Shown: piece by piece, positions 39,107 to 51,221 of the stretch
Layout: every line of letters begins with the position of its first letter
How positions within the stretch are numbered: position 1 is the stretch's first letter
Assembly: GCA_030264375.1 (NCBI GenBank)
Contig: JASCQW010000081.1
Location: 87,027,503-87,091,502, forward strand
Reading direction: 5' to 3'
From: Carcharhinus longimanus
Taxonomy: Eukaryota
DNA: 64,000 bases
The notes under the pieces: generated by a model
What the model was told of the DNA's origin: nothing
Seen by the model: only the letters and a program-made list of their open reading frames with translations
Databases searched by the model: none
Program-made: the position numbers and the translations under genes

Positions 39107-40165
39107 GTTTGTGTTTTCATTTGTGTTCTCAGATCAACGCGTTACAAAAATCAATTTTTACGCGTGGGCATACACTGTTATGTAAGACATCATCTATTGA
39201 TTGTTTTTTTTTACGGAGCGTAAGTTTGTCCCCTTGTTTGAGTATCCACAACTCAGACAGTCAACATTAATATAAACCAGCTGGCAACACTCAACCGTCT
39301 AATTCCATACGCGAATTCAGCTGCAGCGAGAAAATGTTATTTCGACGTGGGTTCTGAAGTTACGAACATGTTATCGCGGAGCAGCAGCTGTACTTGCACT
39401 GGCAACACAACGCTTCATGTTGTCCACAGCAAAGTATGTATACCAAAGTCACGGCGAGTCCGCGATATATAAGGATAAATGGATCAGTGGTGCCGTCTTT
39501 CAGAAGACATCTAACTTGCCTGTTCGGCTGCTTCAAATGGAACCCGTTGCACTGCCTTCACTTCACGAAATTTGTCATTCGTGATTATGAGAGCACGCAG
39601 TGTGCATCCGAAACCCTTCTCACCTCACACTCTCGCTGCGGGTTTATTTTTTTTCCAGAATTGTCAAACCCGTCATCTTCCGTCACACAGTCTTTCCTGA
39701 GAAGACATCCGCTCCATATTTGCTCCATCAGCATCTTCAAGAATTCAGCCGGAATTGCCTGGGAGTCTCCTTCACTCCTTCACCCTGAGAATTATTCCCT
39801 TGTCTCTTGTCGCTCCTGAGAGCGGTGCCTCCTCTCGCCGGAGGTGGGAGCACTGAGCAAGACTTGACAAAACATTGGGAAAGATTGTGATTCGGGTGGA
39901 GAAAGCGGGAACTGAGCGACAGAGGGAACCCAGTCACCAACTATGAATGTTGAGAACGAATTAGCGAAATGAGATGAGAGACGATGATGGGTTCAGTGCC
40001 TTGCTGAGAAAGAATAAAATCACCTGTCCTTCGTTTGCGGCTAGAGGGCAGCTCTTACTGCCCATGAGGGTTTAACGGTCGTAATATGGTCAGGGCAATC
40101 TATCTTTTCAGAAGTGCGATAATAATTTTGTTTGAGTGATTTCCTGAAAGCTTTGCTGGTGTGTT

Positions 40166-40239
40166 GTTTCTGTAGCGCAATTGGTTTGCGCGTTCGGCTG
40201 TTAACTGAAACGATGGTGGTTTGATCCCACACTAGGACG
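40166..40239 (+). pseudogene. tRNA-Asn(GTT) degenerate copy
   Basis: TTCGGCTGTTAACTGAA loop kept; B box GGTTTGATCC; acceptor mismatches. Confidence 0.85.
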
Positions 40240-40992
40240 CCAAATGATCTCATATTTTTCCTCTTTCATGCTTTCTTTCGCCCTCTGTTGTGTTCTGTCG
40301 TTTGTTATCGTAAAAGAAAAGGCGCAAAAGGATGCAAGGACCCGTGTTGACAATTCAGTGTCCAATTCAACAGTGCATCAATCTCATTTCATGGAAAATA
40401 TACTGGCATCCACCTGTGTGGAATACTGCATTTGAAAAGAAAAAACTGCGCTCAGTGGCTAGGAGTATGGAAGATGGAATCAATTGTCTAAACAGGTGAA
40501 ACCATCCATTTCATACAATCAAAAAATGTACTCAATATTTAATAATGGCAATGGTTTACCACAGTAGATGCTGCAGTAGATGTACGTAATTCACTAAATG
40601 CTGCCATACTGGTACAGCAAATTATTAGACAAGTTGATGGAATGTCCGCCTTTCCACAAGGAGGACGTCACTACAGAAGTATTGCAGTCATGCATCAATT
40701 TGTCGAAACTTGGAAAGACTGCACGTCGCGTACAGTGCGCTCCTTTGTTCTCTTGACCACAGAAACATCGTAAGTACCATTCGTGGAGCAAAATTGAAGG
40801 TGAGCAGAAGTGTTTAATATTGTGGCACCCTTGAAATTTTCCTCCACTTATGTAAAGAATAATGTTTTAATACTGTACAGAGCAAGGCGACAGTTTAAAG
40901 GGTAGGTATCCGGAGTGTCATTCCGATCTGAGGAAATATGCGTAGATTCCACTTCTGAAGCTGGACAACACCATCGATTCTTTGTATGGGAT

Positions 40993-41064
40993 GCCGTGAT
41001 CGTATAGTGGTTAGTACTCTGCGTTGTGGCCGCAGCAACCTCGGTTCAAATCCGAGTTACGGCA
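40993..41064 (+). tRNA. tRNA-His(GTG), intact
   Basis: Consensus except T loop TTCAAAT and G6-U67; TTTT at 41071. Confidence 0.94.
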
Positions 41065-42099
41065 GTTGTGTTTTCATTTGCATTCTCAGAACAATGCGCT
41101 GTAGAAATCAATTTTTACGCGTGGACGTACACTGTTATTTAAGACATCATCTATTGATAGTTTCTTTACAGAGCTTACGTTCATCCCCTTCTTTGAGTAT
41201 TGAGAACTCAAACAATCAACATTAATATGAACCAGCTGCCAACACTCAACCGTCTAATTCCATAGGCAATTTCACCTGCAGCGAGAAAATGGCATTTCGA
41301 TGTGGATTCCGAAATTACGAACATGTTGTCGCGGAGCAGCAGCTGCACTTGCACTGGGGACGTTTCATTTTGTTCACAGTAGAGTATGTGCACTAAAGTC
41401 ACGGCGAGTCACCGTCCGACGATCGAGAGACGATTGGTGTCATCTTTCAGAAGACACCTGACTTGTTTGCTCGACTTGATAAAATGAAACCCCGTACACT
41501 GTCTTCATCTCACGAAATAGATAACTTGTGATTATGAGAGCACGCGATGTGCATACGAACATCTTCCCACCTCACACTCCAGCTGCCGATTTATTTATTC
41601 AACAATTGTCAAACCCGTCATCTTCCGTCTCACAGTCTTTTCTGAGAAAAGACTTCTGGTCCATATTTGCTCTGTCAGCATCTCCGAGAATTCATCCGGA
41701 ATTGTTGGGAGCCTGCAGCAAATCCTCTTTCACACTGAGAATTATTCCTTTATCTCTTGTCTTTCCTGAGAGCAGTGTTGCCTCAGCTGGACGAGGGTGC
41801 ACTGATCAAGTTTCGACAGAACTTTGGAAATGATCATGAGTTCAATTCATCCGGAATTGTTTGGTAACCTGCAACTGCTTCTGACGGAAATGCACATCAG
41901 CGAGAAGCACGGCCACTTCACTGTTTATCGTAGCAGTGACTATCTCCGCCTGTCAATCGAGTGATGCGGATGAAAAACAACATTTCCTGTGCAGCTTTTT
42001 TTTGGATAATCTTTTGAGAACTTAAACACAAGTTGAAGAGCGAAAAAGCAAATGTTTCTTCCACTTCACTTCGAGCAACTTTCGTTCAGTTGTTTGTCA

Positions 42100-42181
42100 G
42101 TTATGGTGGCCCAGTGATTACGGTGATGGACCTGCAGTCCCTGGGGGTTTCCCCGCGCGGGTTCTCATCCTGCCGACTACG
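42100..42181 (+). pseudogene. tRNA-Ser pseudogene
   Basis: ...GGGGTTTCCCCGCGCGGGTTCTCATCCTGCCGACTACG; upstream flank paralogous to 32120-32340. Confidence 0.85.
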
Positions 42182-42367
42182 GCTACATTTATGCATTCGT
42201 TCTTCCTACTTTTTACTAGGAACTCTTAAAAGTTGCACAAAATGGGACTCGACAGCTCTTTCTGATTCACAGTTACTCTTGTTTTCAATCTATTTCTTCG
42301 CAGTAACTGGTTCTCACGAAAAGAAATTAAGACTGTTTCCTGGCCGTTCCGCCCAGGCTACATGTCG

Positions 42368-42439
42368 TCCCTGGTGGTCTCGTGGCTAGAATTCGGCGCT
42401 TTCGCCGCTGCGCCACAGCTTCGATTCCCAATCAGGGAA
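42368..42439 (+). pseudogene. tRNA-Glu(TTC) pseudogene
   Basis: TCCCTGGTGGTCTCGTGGCTAGAATTCGGCGCTTTCGCCGCTGC; T stem broken. Confidence 0.88.
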
Positions 42440-43094
42440 CTTTGCTTTCATTCGCAAAACAACTGATCAAATCACAGCTGCACTGGAGGAGAACATACTT
42501 CGTCAGTTACTTTCATAATCTCCGTCAGTCTGTTGTACAATAATCCACATGTTTTTTCAACCACCAGCTGTATTTGGGATGTCAAGCCAAGCTGATAAGT
42601 GGCCCACATGTCAGCGCCTCCATTGTTTCCTTGAGTTCACGATTGGGATAGAACAAGATGGCGAAATGGTGAATAGTCTGCCCTTACTCGATTGGATAAA
42701 TTGGCTGTCTTTTCCACAGCACGCATGATGTGTTTCGATCTTTCAGACACTTTAGAAACATGTGTTCTTTTCCGAATCTATGTAGTTTTAACTGAGCCCC
42801 TGAAAATTATCATCGGAGACAGAGAATATTAAAACAACGGCTTCAAGTTTTGAGAAACCTTTTAGAATCTGGCTTCATGTTCCAGTGGCTGGCAGAGATA
42901 TGCAAGAATACGATGTGAACTGAGGCAGCATTCATCGAAAGATTTTACATCAAACAATTAATGAGATGATCATTGCTGCAGCAAAAGTATCTTTCCACAA
43001 CTATGTGTAATTGGCAGTGATAGTTTTAATGAATCTGTGACTATACCACTGTGAATACAAAAGGAAATGATTTCAAAAATCTCAACTGTTAGCA

Positions 43095-43194
43095 NNNNNN
43101 NNNNNNNNNNNNNNNNNNNNNNNNNNNNNNNNNNNNNNNNNNNNNNNNNNNNNNNNNNNNNNNNNNNNNNNNNNNNNNNNNNNNNNNNNNNNNN
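43095..43194. other. Assembly gap (100 N)
   Basis: Run of N. Confidence 1.
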
Positions 43195-43683
43195 GGAGAG
43201 GTTACTGTCACCGCATCTTTTCACCAGATTCTCTATCCCTTTCCTGCGCTCCGTCTCATCCTTGGTCAAATCAATCTGTCGCTCTCAGATTCAAACAGAT
43301 TCTCTTTCACCGCTGAAATCCTTCCGGCTGATATGTATGAATAAATGTATATGATAATACAATACATATATGTGTGTGTTTTTGAAACATACAGACTGCT
43401 GAATAAGCATTTCTCCGCATGTCCTTTCTTTCCAACCTCCAGTAAAAAAGCCCGTTTTATTCATTCTGTTCTTGTTGAATCGCTTTTTCTTATTGTTCAA
43501 GTCATGTTCTGTGAGCTATCCGCAGCACAGATGAAAATATTTGTTCTACAGTTAACGGCTTAATAATTGCAATTCTTTTTCTTATATTCTCATTAAAGCC
43601 TAGGATAATTGAAACAAGAGCAATTATCGATTTATCACAACCTTCTTAGAATACTTAGGATTTCGATATGTACTTATGGTGTG

Positions 43684-43755
43684 GGCGCGGTGGCCAAGTG
43701 GCAAGGCGTTGGTCTCGTAAACCAAAAATCATGGGTTCGACTCCCGTTCGTGCCT
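43684..43755 (+). tRNA. tRNA-Thr(CGT), probably intact
   Basis: GGCGCGGTGGCCAAGTGGCAAGGCGTTGGTCTCGTAAACCAAAAATCATGGGTTCGACTCCCGTTCGTGCCT; only extra G-U pairs; TTTT at 43786. Confidence 0.9.
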
Positions 43756-44086
43756 GTATATATTTGATGCATTATTTGATTTACGTTTTCCCCCCTGTTC
43801 CAACCGTTCCAGGTTGAGGAGAAATATACTACACTCGACGTTATGTTTATTTGTCTCTTCCGGATGCGACACGTTAATACCAATGAAGGATTAGAATGAA
43901 TATCAAAGAAATGTGCAACCTCTCCGGCTCAAAAATTAATTGATGTTCCGTTAATTTGGCAGCACCTGCCCTTTCTCACTCACAGTGTTTACCTTTCATT
44001 TTGGTGGTTGTGGACGTCGGTGTTGTTCCAGCCAATCTTTATATATATATATATATCTTTCCCAATGTATTTACTTCCAGGCTACA

Positions 44087-44214
44087 TGGGGAGAGGGCGG
44101 GAATGTGGAACTGAGACACGACAGATCAGCCATGATCTTATTGAAAAGCGGGGCAGGCTCGAGGGGCTAGATGGCCTACTCCTGTTCCTATTTCTTATTT
44201 TCTTATTATGTTCT
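44087..44214 (+). mobile_element. Very short CR1 3'-end insertion
   Basis: Matches the CR1 3' UTR at ~37790-37920; absent from paralogs at ~12160 and ~50420; TACA on both sides. Confidence 0.88.
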
Positions 44215-44522
44215 TACAATATTTAGAAAACACCTTCTGCTTCTTAAACTCCCGAACACCTCTGGAGTGCAGATGTGAAGAACGCAGAAAGCATGGCAAA
44301 TATGTACTATTGACGCTACCAGAAGTCTGTCTCAATGAAATGTTTGGCCAGGTACTGTCCTTTACAGGAACAACGGTGTCCTGGGACGCTTGGGAAAGGG
44401 GGAAAGCAGGACGGATGACTGCATTGCTTAGAAAGCACATCGCAGTATTAGAGAGGAGACTTAATTGACCAGACTGTATTTCTACGCGTGAATATTCATT
44501 TTCTTATTGAGTTGTTTTGAGG

Positions 44523-44850
44523 GGTGGCACGGTAACAGTGGTTAGCACTGCTGCTTTACAGCTCCAGGTTCCTGGGTTCGATTCCCGACTCGGGACAATG
44601 TGGACATTCTCCTCGTGTCTGCGTGGGTTTCCTCCGGGTACTCCTGTTTCCTCCCACTGACGAAGATGTGCGGGTTAGCTTGATTGGTCATGCTAAGAAA
44701 TTGGCCCTTAGTGTCCAGGAATGTGTAGGTTAGGGGAATAATGGATATAATATGTAGCGATATGGGGGTAGGGCCTGGGTGGGATCGTGTTCGGTGCAAA
44801 CTCGTTGGGCCGAAGGGCCTCTTTCTGCACTGTAGGGTTCTATGATGTTA
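44523..44850 (+). mobile_element. Near full-length tRNA-derived V-SINE (HE1-like)
   Basis: Head with A box (TGGCACGGTAACAGTGG) and B box (GGTTCGATTCC), V core, CR1-like tail; TGAGG duplicated at 44518 and 44851; absent from paralogs at ~11860 and ~50115. Confidence 0.92.
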
Positions 44851-44876
44851 TGAGGATGGCACTTTAAATCGCATGT

Positions 44877-44948
44877 GGCCTTAAATTGGATTCCATCCGA
44901 GGTTGCTGCAGGGGCAACGCATAATACTAACCACGACACGATCACAGC
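44877..44948 (-). pseudogene. tRNA-His pseudogene
   Basis: Reverse complement GCTGTGATCGTGTCGTGGTTAGTATTATGCGTTGCCCCTGCAGCAACCTCGG; mirror of 11770. Confidence 0.8.
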
Positions 44949-45713
44949 TCCCCATGTCAAACCTCGATGATGTAACTTGTCAGATTTGCAATATCGCGTG
45001 TCTTCTGAACTGGAATCTGCATGTTTCACCTCAGACAAGAATGTTATTCCTAATGCTAATCATGCAAGCTGTCCCATCGCTCTGGGCAGTGTCAGAATTT
45101 TCCTCTTTATTTAAGGTTCTTTATATAAGAGGAAACTTGCATGCAACCCGCAATCCCAACCACGTCTGCTCACCTTCAATTCTACTCCGCTGATGGCACT
45201 TATGACTTTTCTGTGGTCAAGGGAACGAGGCAGCACACCGTGCGCAACATGCAATCTTTCCAAATTTCGGCAAATTGATTCATTACACCTGTACTGATGT
45301 CCTCCTTCAAGAACGGCGGACATTCCATCAACTTCTTCAATAATTTGCTGTACCTGCAAGAGAGCATTTAGTGAATTAATTACAGGGACCATCTACGCTG
45401 ACTAATTTATTACGTTTATAAAATATTGCGTACATTTGTTGATTCCATTAAAACTTATTAGTTCACCTCTTTAGGACATTTATTCCATCTTCCATAATCC
45501 TGGCCACTAAGCGAATATTTATTTTTTTTGAAATGAAGTATACATAACGGGCGGATGTGGATACATTTTCCGTGAAATGAGATTGATGCATTGCTGAAAT
45601 AGAAACTGACTTGTCAACATGAGTGCTGGATACTTTTCCTACATTTTGTTGGCATGAGAGGATAGAATGCAATGTGAAAGAAATCATGAAAGGAGCAAAA
45701 TGCGATTGTTCGT

Positions 45714-45773
45714 CGTTCTTTAGCGGGATCGAACCACTACCCCTGCGGTGAGCACTAGAACGCGGTAACCAAT
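45714..45773 (-). pseudogene. 5'-deleted tRNA-Asn relic
   Basis: Reverse complement ATTGGTTACCGCGTTC...GTGGTTCGATCCCGCTAAAGAACG; mirror of 11029. Confidence 0.65.
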
Positions 45774-45888
45774 GAAACTATTCTGAACACATTACGACAT
45801 TTAAATCGTATGGGCAGCAAGAGCTCCCCTTTCAGCTTCAAAATGTTAGTTGATTTCAACAATGCCTTCCCATTTTAATCTTGAGATA

Positions 45889-47803
45889 CCCTGACTTTAG
45901 ACATAAATGTACTGTGTGGTGTTTATCGAAAGATTTTGGAAAATCAAAATATGTTACATTCACTGAATTACACTTTTCTACACTTTTTTGGTCCACCTTC
46001 AAATAACTCGAAACTCAGAAATACATTTGTACTTTACCTATTACTTGTCATGTTCTAAAAATAACTTTGACATTGCAGTCCTATTTGATGTTATCTACAA
46101 ATAACTTACAGATGTAATATTTAAAAATTCTGTGACAATTTTGAAATGTGTTGCGTCCAGTTATTTAAAAAAAAACTGGAACAGAATTGCAGACATTTTT
46201 GGATCCATAAATGCAAATGGATACCAGTTGATGTCACTGATAAAATTCACTTTTGTGGTTCGAGCATCATTTTCGTCCTTAAAACGTGCATTTCGTCTTT
46301 AAAATATTTTGACTTCTGGATGCTTTTCCAATACATTGGTGAGCAAGTTGGCGCATGATTTTCAGTAAAAGTTAATCATTTTCAGAAAAATCCATGTTAC
46401 ATTATTGTAATAAGCTAACAAAGTCAGGAAGCCATTTTCAATTGAACATATAAATTTGTTCGACGACAATTTTATATTTTATGTCTACTTAGTTACCAAT
46501 TAGACTGATTATATACTTTAATGAATTCGTGAAACAGATTTTTTTTTTATCATTTTTTAAAACGTCTGCTTTTACTGATAACATCACAACTCATTCAAGC
46601 GGTCTTGGTATTCTCTATCTGCGACCATCGAGATAACTTCTCCCATTGATTACGGGGTTTTAATAAAGTTTTATCTTTATACTGTGACATTGGTTTGCTG
46701 AGTCTCATTGCCACCTCGTCGAGAATCCCGCTGACAGTACCCTTGATTAAAATATTGCTAGGATTGGGTATTCTCTGAGACCCTGCTTTTATCATTTCTT
46801 TTGAATATGAAACTATTGTCTGGTGAGGCTTCATTAGCTCATGAATTGGTTCCAGCTATTGGTAGAGTAATTTAATAGGTCCTCAATTGCATATTTAGAG
46901 ATAGCAGCTTGTTTGAAAGGGACAACTTATGCTAAAGAGTACTTATTATGCCTTGTTATTATTAATCAGATTGTCAAAAATATTTTCGTATAAGTCACAT
47001 ACAGCTAAAACAACTCTTGCTGATACCATACCATTCCGGAATCATATTAAGATTTGACAAGGGAAATTTGAAAATAAAACATCAATCTTTCAAACATTTA
47101 TATTGTTTATCGTATTGATTCGACTTATAATTTTAATCAACGTACATTTGTTAAAACATTATCTAATTCATGACTTCATTAAAATATATAATCAGTCTAA
47201 TTGGTAACTAAATAGACATAAAATATAAAACGGCTGTCGCACAAATGCATACGTTCAATTGAAAATGGCTTCCTGACTTTGTTAGCTTATTACAATGAAC
47301 GTAAAATGGATTTGTCAGAAAATGATTAACTTTTACTGAAAATCATGCGTAAACTTGTATTGGAAAGGCATCCAGAAGACAAAATATTTTAAAGGCCAAA
47401 TGCATGTTTTAAGAAGGAAGATGATGCTCGAACCACAAAAATGAATTTTACTAATACAATCAATGGTATCCATTTACATTTAGGGGTCCAAGAATATCTG
47501 CAATTGTCATTTTTTTATAACTGGACACAACACATTTCAAAAATGTTACGGAATTTTTAAATGTTATACCTATAAGTTCTTTGTAAATAGCATCAAATAG
47601 GACTACAATGTCAACGTTATTTTTAGAACATGAAAGGTAATTCATAATTTCGCACAAAAAGTGCAAATACATTTCCGAGTTCCGACTTATTTGAAGATGG
47701 AGCAAAAAGGGAAGAAAAGCGTTATGCAGGGAATATGGCTTACTTTGATTTTCCAAAGTCTTTCGATAGACACCACACAGTACATTTCTGTCTGAAGTCA
47801 GGG
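45889..47803. mobile_element. Non-autonomous DNA transposon with ~640-bp terminal inverted repeats, flanked by TA
   Basis: TA|CCCTGACTTTAGAC... and ...GTCTGAAGTCAGGG|TA; 45889-46533 is the imperfect reverse complement of 47167-47803; no transposase recognised. Confidence 0.85.
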
Positions 47804-50022
47804 TATGTGAAGTTAGGGAACAGGTAAAATGGCCAGCTAGCTACAAAACAAAAAAAAACAGTGAGGGCATAAGCATCAATGAGAAAGTGCTGTTTCGTGA
47901 TGAGAGGTGCTAGAATAACTGTTGTTTGCAATGTCTGTAAATGATATAAAATTGGAAAACAGAAAACAGCTTCAAAATATCCGGGCAGAAATAAATTAGA
48001 AGTCCAGTTAGTGAATATTACAGTCTTTCTGTCACTGCATTATTGTATAATCATTCAGATGCAGCAACATTTCTTTTATTTTGCTTTGATCGATCACATC
48101 ACTATTCAGTTAGATAGAAAAATAATTAAGCAGCTCCAAATTTTTGAATTGTCAGATGCAAACAATTGTTTCTAAAGTCCAAATCACATTCACATTTTGC
48201 TGAATGTAGACAGGTTATTAGCTATGTTGTCTTAACAAGAACGTTCAAAAGCAGTGGAAGACAGACAGGGGGCAGAAAGGTAGTCTTTCAGGTCGCACGA
48301 AAAGCTGAGAGATTGGCAATCAACTGTTATTTGAGGGAGGTCAGGATCTTAGTATTTTAAGGCAGGAAATCCACAGAAGTGTGCCAAGCAGTTGATAAAC
48401 AGAGTGGAGCATAACCTTTCTTTGATTTGAACATTACAACCAGGCAACACGAAAAGGAAGTTACAGCGCGATAGTCAAGTTTCTTCAGGCGTGAGATATC
48501 ACACTTCAGTACAACAGATTTGTCAGCATTATCCACAAATCTCAGCTCAATCAGCCTTTCAGTAGCTACAGCACTGATTTAAATAATTAGTGGTTGAGCA
48601 TATCCATTCGTATTTCCATTATATGCATGCATGTTCATTACTCTTCGCGGGTATGCCGACAGTAGAATGAACACATTCGAGCTCAAATATATTTCACTTT
48701 TTTAGGTTAGGTTTGTTTCGAAGTTAAAACTGCATCTTTGTTGCCTAGCTTCCCTCCAGTGAAGGCAGACTCCTTCTTTACTATATAATACGAATTGTTT
48801 TCTCGTTTCACTTTGTAGTCAGTATCACAGCAAGGGAATCAATCACTGCCCTGAACTAGATTCAAACCGAGGCTGGTGTTTCTACATGCTCCACTATACA
48901 GTCTCTGCCCCACTTATCTGCAATGTTGGTTTCGCATTGCTGGGCCAAATGATCGCAAGTGTGCAGACCAGAATATGTAGCCCTTCGAGCTTGCTCCATT
49001 GTTCAAAGGTGACACCCATGGTACTTAATTGATTTCCACCTGTTTTTGCAGGCAACAGACCTTAACCTCAGATTCAGGTTGAAAAGGTGAGAGAAACTGA
49101 GATGGGGCCATAGGTTTATCGGGTATTGTGTTACGTTCCCATAACCTTGTTTCTTCCCGGTGCCAGGTCACTTGTTCTCCTGCTGCCACCTTCCAGCCAA
49201 TAGGCTGTGGGCTGGATCACGAGATTACACAAAATCATGCAATAAAACGGAATAGGGGGTAACTACGCTTTTGAACTGAGTGCACCAATTACATCAGAGA
49301 ACGATATAATTGGCGCACTCCTCCACCGCAATGTCAGAAAATCTTCCAGAACCGGAACCTCCAACTTCAAGGAAAAGGGGAACAGGCGAATAGTAAAATT
49401 CACCAATGTTGACATCCCTTCACTTCGCTATATTTTACAATGGATCCTCGGCATTTTAATTCCATGAATATGCAACGTCTAGCAGTTCTGTCTTTTCCGT
49501 CAGGTATAAGTTATGATTTGTACAGTATAATGTCCATGTTTCGTCGGCATGCACCTTTTCACGCCAAAGCGAAATTAGAACAAGTGAAATTCCCTCCCTG
49601 TCACGTTCACATAATGATTGTCCTGCACTGTCTATCTGACCCACTTACATGTGTGTGCTTTTGTCCCTTCCAATGCAACGTGTTGTTCCCTCTGTCCTTG
49701 TCAATTTAGTCTGAACAGCATTGTCATAAGCACACTGCGCAGGCAAAACACGGTTCCCCCTTGTTCAGTTGCAGTTTACATCTCCCATTTCAGCAAACCA
49801 TTTGGCAATGACATTTTTTCTCACGTTCTTTCTGCAATTGCGGGTCACTTGCAAGTTTCCTCTACTTATATAAAAAGGGGGAATTCGAACACTGCACAGA
49901 GCAATGTGACAGTTGACATGGTCGGCATCCGGAATAACATTCTTGTCTGAGAAGAAACGCGCAGATTACAATTCAGAAGACAGCTGCTATTACAAATCTG
50001 ATAAGTTGCATCATCGAAATTT

Positions 50023-50094
50023 GACGTGATCGTGTAGATGTTAGTGGTATGCGTTGTCTCCGCAGCAACCTCAGTTCGATTCCGGTTTAAGGCC
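50023..50094 (+). pseudogene. tRNA-His pseudogene
   Basis: Direct paralog of 11770. Confidence 0.8.
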
Positions 50095-50751
50095 ACCAGT
50101 GTTTTAGAGTGACTTCCTCAAAACGACATAATGGGAAAATGAGCGTTCACGCGTGGAAATACACTCATGTCAATTAAGTCTCCTCTCTAACACTGCGATG
50201 TATTTTCTAAGCAATGCAGTCATCTGTCCCACTTTCCCCCTTTCCCAATCTCCCATGACATCTTTGTTCCAATAATGTGCAGTATCTGGCTATGTATTTC
50301 ATTGAGACAGATGTCTGGTAGCATCACTAGTACATATGTACCATGCTTTGCGCGTTCTTCATATTTGCACTCGAGAGTTGTTCAGGAGTTTAATAACCAG
50401 AAGGTGTGTTCTAAATATTGTAAGCTGGAAATAAACACACTGGGAAAGAAAACAAAGGATTGGCTGGAACAACACCGACGCCCACAACCACCAAAATGAA
50501 AGGTGAACATTGTGAGTGATAAAGGGCAGGTCAGTCTAATGGCTGCCAACTTAACGGAACATCAATTAATGTTTGAGCCGGAGGGTTAGCTCATTTCTTT
50601 GACATTCGTTTGAATTCTTCATTGTCATTAGACTGTTGCATCCGGTAGAGACAAAGAAAAGTAACGTAGAGCACAGTACATTTGTTTTTTTAGCCTTGAA
50701 TTGTTGGTACACAAGGAAAGACGTAAATGAATAGATGTTGCGAACGCATTC

Positions 50752-50824
50752 AGGCACGAACGGGAGTACGAACTCGTGATTTTTGGTTTACGAGACCAAC
50801 GCCTTGCCACTTGGCCACCGCACC
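50752..50824 (-). pseudogene. tRNA-Thr(CGT) damaged copy
   Basis: 1-nt insertion in T loop (TTCGTACT) and T-stem mismatch relative to 12485. Confidence 0.85.
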
Positions 50825-51221
50825 TACGTTAGATGACGAATCGCGATCCTCTAAAACCGAGTATTCCAAACAGATGGCTTGCTTCAATTATCCCAGGCTT
50901 TAATGAGAAAATAGAGAGTCGCAATTTTATCAGTAGAACAAAACATTTGCTTCTGTGCTGCTAATACCTCACATGACATGACTTGAACGATAAAAAAGGA
51001 TGATTCAACAAGAAGAGAGTGAACAAAACAGCCTTTTTTTAACTGGAGATTGGAAAGAAAGGATATTCGGAGAAATGTTTATTCAGTTGTCTGTATGTTT
51101 TAAATACACACACACACATTGTACTTTCATGTGCAGATGTTCACACATATCAGCCAGAAAGATATCAGCGGTGAAAGGGCGAGTATATTTCAGTCTGAGA
51201 GCGACAGACTTGATTTGACCA

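Larger units (their letters stand above)
32520..41830 (+). repeat. Tandem array of ~1.95-2.0-kb Asn-His units (three units, first split by a CR1); further copies at ~55430-59355
   Basis: Asn 38187 to 40166 = 1979 bp; His 39035 to 40993 = 1958 bp; His 56694 to 58645 = 1951 bp; spacers align. Confidence 0.9.

Noticed and set aside
33800-41225. Recurring short ORFs (MGGRDRIVVSTLRCGRSNLGSNPSY) as a peptide family
   Set aside because: These are translations of the tRNA-His gene; frames are not conserved outside it
32520-41830. Regularly spaced conserved motifs as a CRISPR-like array
   Set aside because: Repeats are tRNA genes and the spacers are homologous to each other; no cas-like genes; eukaryotic context
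44523-44600. tRNA-like sequence with A and B boxes as a tRNA gene
   Set aside because: It is the head of a V-SINE with core, tail and target duplication
47806-49840. Non-repeated stretch as possible exon or ncRNA
   Set aside because: No recognisable ORF, motif or structure by eye; left unannotated
11770-50094. His-derived copies with GCC, GCG or GTC at the anticodon as recoded tRNAs
   Set aside because: The same copies have broken stems or B boxes; consistent with neutral decay
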